This document shows, piece by piece, positions 58,869 through 64,000 of a DNA stretch of 64,000 nt. Made by a program: the position numbers and the translations under genes. The notes beneath the pieces were generated by a model. The model was not told the DNA's origin. It did not search any database and was given only the letters and a program-made list of their open reading frames with translations. This stretch comes from Alphaproteobacteria bacterium (lineage in GTDB: Bacteria > Pseudomonadota > Alphaproteobacteria > Reyranellales > Reyranellaceae). Numbering within the stretch: position 1 is the stretch's first letter; the number at the start of each line of letters is the position of its first letter. The DNA lies in assembly GCA_010032545.1 (NCBI GenBank), contig RGPT01000001.1, positions 16,264 through 80,263 on the forward strand, given 5' to 3'.

Positions 58869-59609
58869 TTATCCGAGCAGCTTTGCGAGGGCCTTGGTGA
58901 GGCCGATGCTCTCGACCGGCGCCGGCCGGGCGAGCGAGCCGCGGGTGGCCTTGGCCGGTTGCCGCAGGGCCAACGCCTCGGCCATGGAGATGGCGCAAGC
59001 AACCCCGTCGAGCAGGGGAACTTCGACCTTGGCTTTCAGCCTGTCAGCCAATCCGGCAAGGCCGGCGCCGCCCAGGATGACCACGTCGGCGCCATCCTCG
59101 CGCACACAGGCGGTACAGCCTTTGGCGAGCAGCGCCATCGCGGCTTTGGGATTGCGCGCGATGGCAGCACCCGTCGGCGCCACGGTGCGTACGGAGGCGA
59201 GCCGCGAGGAAAGCCCATGGCTTGCCACGAATTCCTCAAGCATGGATTTCCAGCGTTCTCCGCCCGTCACGATCGAGAAGCGCTGTCCGATCGCACAGGC
59301 CTGCAGGATCGACGCATCGGCCATGCCGACAACGGGCACGGCGCTCACTTCCTTGAGCGCGGCGAGGCCTGGGTCACCGAAGCAGGCGAGCACCACCGCA
59401 TCCTTGGTGCCCCTGTCGTTCGCCAGTGCGTCGAGCGCGGCATGACCGGCGACGGCGTAGGCCGCGCGTGAGGCGACGTAACGTGCCCCGAAGGCACCGG
59501 TGACGGCGCGCAACCTCGTGTCCGGACGGGCGAATCCGCGGGCTGTCCTGAGGACGAGCTCGGTCATCGATACGGTGGTGTTGGGGTTGATCAGCAGGAT
59601 GTTGGTCAT
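58869..59609 (-). CDS. Asp/Glu/hydantoin racemase family protein
   Basis: ILLINPNT, LACFGDPG, VILGGAGLAG. Confidence 0.88.
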   Translation of the reverse strand: MTNILLINPNTTVSMTELVLRTARGFARPDTRLRAVTGAFGARYVASRAAYAVAGHAALDALANDRGTKDAVVLACFGDPGLAALKEVSAVPVVGMADASILQACAIGQRFSIVTGGERWKSMLEEFVASHGLSSRLASVRTVAPTGAAIARNPKAAMALLAKGCTACVREDGADVVILGGAGLAGLADRLKAKVEVPLLDGVACAISMAEALALRQPAKATRGSLARPAPVESIGLTKALAKLLG

Positions 59610-59616
59610 TGGCGTG

Positions 59617-60336
59617 CTACTCCTGCATCGTTTCCTTGAGGCGGTCGGCATCGTGGTTCTCGCCGATCGACAGCGCGCAGATACGCGAGATGTGGGTGAG
59701 CGGCAGGCCGCTCTCCGCCGCCCATTCGTTGAGCTGTGCCTGCGCCAGCCTGAGATCCTTCTTCGACGTGCCCTTTTCGCTGATCGGCACGCCGGCATCG
59801 CGCAGGCAGAGCATCAGATCATTGGTAAGGATGAAGGAGTCGCGGCCAAGGAAGCGCAACAGGTACTGGCAGGTGTTGCCGCCCAACCGCGCACCGCGCT
59901 TGGCGAGAATCTCCATCAGGCCGATCTGATCGTCGGCGGGCCATGTGGCGAGAAACTTCCCGAAGCTGCCATGCTCGGTCGCAACATCGCTCACGAACCT
60001 GGCGTTGTCGCGCACCGACCGGATCTTCTGCGGATTGCGCACGATCCGTTTGTCCGAGGCAAGATCGTGCCAGAACTCGGCGGGCTGAAACAGGAGCCGC
60101 TTGGGGTTGAAGCCCAGGAAAGCCTCCTCGAAGCCCGGCCACTTCTGGTCGATCACGCGCCACACGAAGCCGGCTGAGAACACGCGCCGCGCCATCTCGG
60201 CCAGGACGCGATCATCGCCGAGTTTCGCGAGTTCTTTGTTGTTTCGCTTCTTCGGCAAGAGCGAGGCCAGGACCTTCTCGCCCCCCTTGCGCTTGGCGGC
60301 GCGCTCTCGGATGCGCTTGAAGGGCACTCTCGCCAT
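59617..60336 (-). CDS. DNA-3-methyladenine glycosylase I (Tag)-like protein
   Basis: VFSAGFVW.VIDQKWPGFEEAF, IVRNPQKIRSV..NA; own ATG at 60336. Confidence 0.8.
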   Translation of the reverse strand: MARVPFKRIRERAAKRKGGEKVLASLLPKKRNNKELAKLGDDRVLAEMARRVFSAGFVWRVIDQKWPGFEEAFLGFNPKRLLFQPAEFWHDLASDKRIVRNPQKIRSVRDNARFVSDVATEHGSFGKFLATWPADDQIGLMEILAKRGARLGGNTCQYLLRFLGRDSFILTNDLMLCLRDAGVPISEKGTSKKDLRLAQAQLNEWAAESGLPLTHISRICALSIGENHDADRLKETMQE

Positions 60337-60340
60337 AGGA

Positions 60341-60939
60341 CTAGTCCAGCCAGCCGTCGAAGAAATCGAACACTCGCGGGTGAGCGCGACGCGGGCACCG
60401 CGCGAGCAGGCCGCGAGCGCCAGCCGGTCTTCCTTCTGTTCGTCGGCGAAGTGGCGGAAGCTTTTCAGCATCGGATCGGCGATGGAGTCGGGCGACTGGG
60501 CCTCCATGGCTTCGGCCATGGCGCCTTCGTCACGTGGTGGCTCGAACATCCGGGCGCCGACGCCGGCCACGACGAGATGGTCGATGCGCCCACCATCCAG
60601 CAGCGCCGCGGTCAGCGAGATGTGCGCGCCCATCGAAAACCCCAGCAGGTGGGCGCGGTCGACACTGGCGTGATCCAGCAGGGCAAAGACGTCGCGCGCC
60701 ATCGCCTCGCGGCCGTACCGGGCGGGATCGTGCGGCTTGGCGCTCTCGCCGTGACCGCGATTGTCGAGGGCGAAACCACGCAGGCCCTTGGCGGCGATGG
60801 CATCGTACCAGCCCATGCGCTTCCAGTTTTCGTACCGGTTGGCGGAGAAGCCATGAACCAGCACGATCGCCTTTTTTGCGTCGCGGGGACCGAATTCGTC
60901 GTAGGCCAGCGAGAGCCCGTCTGAAGTAAACTGAGCCAT
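60341..60939 (-). pseudogene. Alpha/beta hydrolase with an internal deletion near 60373
   Basis: HGF, DNRGHG, GFSMG present; jumps from ...VALTRE to the natural tail VFDFFDGWLD-TAG (60373-60341) in another frame; no acid/His segment. Confidence 0.75.
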
Positions 60940-61026
60940 GACTTTCCCTAACCCGGGCCATGAATTGCGACAAGGTTGATCGACGGGGGCAAGTATCGGA
61001 CAACCGCCCTAACGAAAGGGAAACGC

Positions 61027-63261
61027 ATGACAGGCCAGGGACCCGGCAAGACCGTCCAGGAGTCACAGCCCCATTGGCCGGAGGCGCCGAAGCGGCCGAA
61101 AGGCGCGCCCAATATCCTGGTCATCCTGTTCGACGACGTCGGTTTTTCCGACTTCGGCTGCTATGGCTCGCCGATCGCCACGCCCGCCATCGATGCCATT
61201 GCCGGCCGCGGCCTGCGCTACACCGGCTTTCATACCACCGCGATGTGTTCGACCACCCGCGCAGCGCTGCTGACGGGGCGCAACCATCATTCGGTCGGCG
61301 TCGGCTGCCTCGCCAACTTTGATTCGGGCTATCCCGGCTATCGCGGCAAGATCGCGCGCGAGGCCGGTACCATCGCCGAGATGCTACGCCCGCACGGCTA
61401 TCGCAACTACATGTTGGGCAAGTGGCACGTGACGCCACTTACCGAGTCGGGTGCCACCGGCCCGTTCGATGGCTGGCCGCTCGGCCGTGGCTTCGACCGC
61501 TACTACGGCTTCATGGACGCCGAGACGGACCAGTATGCGCCCGAGCTGGTGCGCGACAACACGCCGGTCGATCCGCCGGGCACATTCGCCACGGGCTATC
61601 ACCTCACGCCCGACCTCGTCGATCAGGGGATCCGCTATATCGCCGACCATGTCGCCGACAATCCCGAAGTACCCTGGCTGACCTGGCTCGCCTTCGGCGC
61701 CTGCCACGCGCCGCACCAGGCGCCGTTCAACCTGGTCGCCAAGTACGATGCGATTTTCGCGGAAGGCTGGGACGTCGAGCGCGAGCGCCGACTCGCCCGG
61801 CAGATCGAACTCGGCATCGTTCCCAAGGGCACGCGCCTGCCGCCGCGCAACGATATCGTGCGGCCGTGGGCAGAGGTGCCGGAAGGCGAGCGGCGTCTGT
61901 TCGCGCGCCTGCAGGCGGCTTATGCCGCCATGCTCGATCATGCGGACGAGCACATCGCTCGCCTCATGGCGTTCCTCGAGCGGGCAGGCCAGCTCGACGA
62001 CACGCTGGTGATCGTCATGTCGGACAATGGCGCCAGCCAGGAGGGCGGGCCTTTCGGCATGATCAACGCGATGGGCCCCTACAACATGCGTCGCGAGCCG
62101 CTCGAGGAGAAGATCGCGCGCATCGAGGACATTGGTGGACCCGACACGCATTCCAATTTCCCGCTGGGCTGGGCGATGGCCGCCAACACGCCCCTCAGGC
62201 GCTACAAGCAGAACACCCACGGCGGCGGCATACGCGATCCGCTGGTGCTGGCCTGGAACAAGGGGATCGGTGCGAGGGGCGAGCTGCGTCACCAGTTCTG
62301 CCACGCCAGCGACCTTGTGCCGACGCTGCTCGATGTGGTCGGCGTCAAGCCGCCCCGGATGATCAACGGCATCAAGCAGATGCCGATCGAGGGCACCAGC
62401 TTCGCCAGGAGCCTCAAGAACAGGAAGGCGAAATCCAAGTCCAAGCCGCAGTACTTCGAGATGTTCGGCCATCGAGGTCTGGTTCAGGACGGCTGGAAGG
62501 CCGTGTCGTTCCATCCGCCGGGCAGCGACTTCGCCGACGACAAGTGGGAACTCTATCACCTCGAGAAGGACTTCAACGAGATCGACGATCTCGCCGAGCG
62601 CGAGCCCGAGCGGTTGGCGGCGATGATCGCCGAATGGTGGGGCCAGGCCGAGGCGCATAAGGTCTTGCCGCTCGACGACCGCTTCGGGCCACGCTTCGCC
62701 GACAACGCCAAGCGCTTCCATGGGCCGCGCAACCGCTTCGTATTCCATGCCGGCATGGGCCATCTACCGACCGATGTGGCGCCCGATGTGCGCAACCGCA
62801 CCTATACGATCGAGGCCGACGCGGATGTCGATGGGCCGACGACCGAGGGCGTGCTGATCGCGCATGGCGACGCCACGACCGGCTATTCGCTCTACATGAA
62901 GGACGGCAAGCTTCACTACGACATGAATATCGGCGGTGAGCATCATCTGATCGTCTCTGACCGGCCAGTGGCGGCGGGCAATCGGCGGCTTGGCATCCGT
63001 ATGCGGCGCAAACAGGGCCGCAACCTCGCGACGCTGCTGATCGACGGCGAATCCGTGGGCAACTTCGACACCCAGAATGGTTTCGTGGCGTTCATTTCCT
63101 GGTCGGGCCTCGACATCGGCCGCGACAGGTCGAGCCCGGTGTCGCATTACGAAGCGCCGTTTGCCTTCACGGGCAAGCTGCGCAAGGTGACCGTGCTGAT
63201 GGACGACGACCAGGTGCTCGACGCCAAGGCCGCTGCTGACGCCGCCCTCGCGCGCGAATGA
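61027..63261 (+). CDS. Arylsulfatase (Cys-type sulfatase)
   Basis: ILFDDVGFSD, CSTTRAALLTGRNHH, GKWH, SDNGAS, KWELY. Confidence 0.93.
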   Translation: MTGQGPGKTVQESQPHWPEAPKRPKGAPNILVILFDDVGFSDFGCYGSPIATPAIDAIAGRGLRYTGFHTTAMCSTTRAALLTGRNHHSVGVGCLANFDSGYPGYRGKIAREAGTIAEMLRPHGYRNYMLGKWHVTPLTESGATGPFDGWPLGRGFDRYYGFMDAETDQYAPELVRDNTPVDPPGTFATGYHLTPDLVDQGIRYIADHVADNPEVPWLTWLAFGACHAPHQAPFNLVAKYDAIFAEGWDVERERRLARQIELGIVPKGTRLPPRNDIVRPWAEVPEGERRLFARLQAAYAAMLDHADEHIARLMAFLERAGQLDDTLVIVMSDNGASQEGGPFGMINAMGPYNMRREPLEEKIARIEDIGGPDTHSNFPLGWAMAANTPLRRYKQNTHGGGIRDPLVLAWNKGIGARGELRHQFCHASDLVPTLLDVVGVKPPRMINGIKQMPIEGTSFARSLKNRKAKSKSKPQYFEMFGHRGLVQDGWKAVSFHPPGSDFADDKWELYHLEKDFNEIDDLAEREPERLAAMIAEWWGQAEAHKVLPLDDRFGPRFADNAKRFHGPRNRFVFHAGMGHLPTDVAPDVRNRTYTIEADADVDGPTTEGVLIAHGDATTGYSLYMKDGKLHYDMNIGGEHHLIVSDRPVAAGNRRLGIRMRRKQGRNLATLLIDGESVGNFDTQNGFVAFISWSGLDIGRDRSSPVSHYEAPFAFTGKLRKVTVLMDDDQVLDAKAAADAALARE

Positions 63262-64000
63262 CCGCTGTCGTCCAGCGTCCGGGAGTCGACAGCGCCTACG
63301 CTTGGCGGCTGGCGTTCGTCTCGATGCTTTGCATCACGTTGGGCGGTGGCGCTCTCTACCTGCCGGTGGTCGCGCTCAAGGAGATGGCCGCTGAGTTCGG
63401 CGACCGCCGTGCCGTGCCGTCGTTCGCCTACATGGTGGGCTTCCTTGCGATGGGCATCGGCGGCGTCTTCATGGGCTGGCTGGCCGACCGCACCAGCCCG
63501 CGCGTGCCGCTGTTTATTGCCGGCGTCTCGATCCTGGCCGGTGGCTGGCTGGCGAGCAGCGGCGACGTCCTGGCGCTCTACCTAGGCTATGCTATTCCGC
63601 TTGGCTTCCTCGGCAATTCGGCCACCTTCACGCCGGCCATGAACAACATCCAGGGCTGGTTCGACCGACGCCGCAGCACGGCGGTATCTCTCATCTCGGT
63701 GGGCCCCGCGATCTCGGGTTTCGTCTGGCCGCAAGTCTACCGCTGGCTGGTGCCCGAGGTCGGCTGGCGCGAGACGCTGGTGATCTACGGCGTGACCGCA
63801 GGCGTGCTGATCTTCCTCTGCGCCTTCTACATCAGGCCCTCGCCGACGGCGCGCAGCAAGGCGGCACGGCCGGCCGAGGATCATTCGGCGCTGCCGATGT
63901 CGTCGCGCTCGCTCATGGTGATCCTCTCGGCCGCGGGCTTCTGCTGCTGCGTCGCCATGGCCGTGCCGTTCGTGCATATGGTGGCCTTCTGCGGCGACCT
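63258..64000 (+). CDS. MFS transporter, 3'-truncated by the window edge
   Basis: ATGA overlap with the sulfatase stop; MTAVVQRPGVDSAYAW..., GWLADR, GWFDRRRSTA; frame stays open to the end. Confidence 0.85.
   Translation, partial: MTAVVQRPGVDSAYAWRLAFVSMLCITLGGGALYLPVVALKEMAAEFGDRRAVPSFAYMVGFLAMGIGGVFMGWLADRTSPRVPLFIAGVSILAGGWLASSGDVLALYLGYAIPLGFLGNSATFTPAMNNIQGWFDRRRSTAVSLISVGPAISGFVWPQVYRWLVPEVGWRETLVIYGVTAGVLIFLCAFYIRPSPTARSKAARPAEDHSALPMSSRSLMVILSAAGFCCCVAMAVPFVHMVAFCGD

Overview
High-GC alphaproteobacterial chromosome segment (gene content resembles Reyranella/Bradyrhizobium-type organisms; inference only), mostly catabolic enzymes and transporters, about 55 genes. No rRNA, tRNA, CRISPR array, integrase or transposase was seen. 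Highlights: (1) a tightly coupled operon at 4766-11933 encoding a 2Fe-2S/Mo-hydroxylase pair, cytochrome c, an FCSD flavoprotein, SoxX, a SoxY paralogue with an AACLE arm instead of GGCGG, SoxZ, diheme SoxA and a TAXI binding protein, with no SoxB or SoxCD. This is the best candidate for an uncharacterised carrier-arm pathway. (2) A probable selenoprotein at 1850-2908 (WASW-UGA-GC plus a downstream hairpin) that the ORF track splits in two. (3) A stand-alone GIY-YIG nuclease framed by 47-bp inverted REP-like repeats, with a nuclease-free doublet of the same repeat about 1.1 kb away. (4) A transglutaminase / circularly permuted ATP-grasp / alpha-E operon with a sigma-54 promoter. (5) A chimeric scar at 50655-51111 joining decayed copies of two neighbouring genes at a 5-bp microhomology. 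(6) Three gene lesions (premature TAA, -1 frameshift, internal deletion creating a false fusion) that may be real or sequencing/assembly errors. All functional calls come from motif recognition; no database searches were run.
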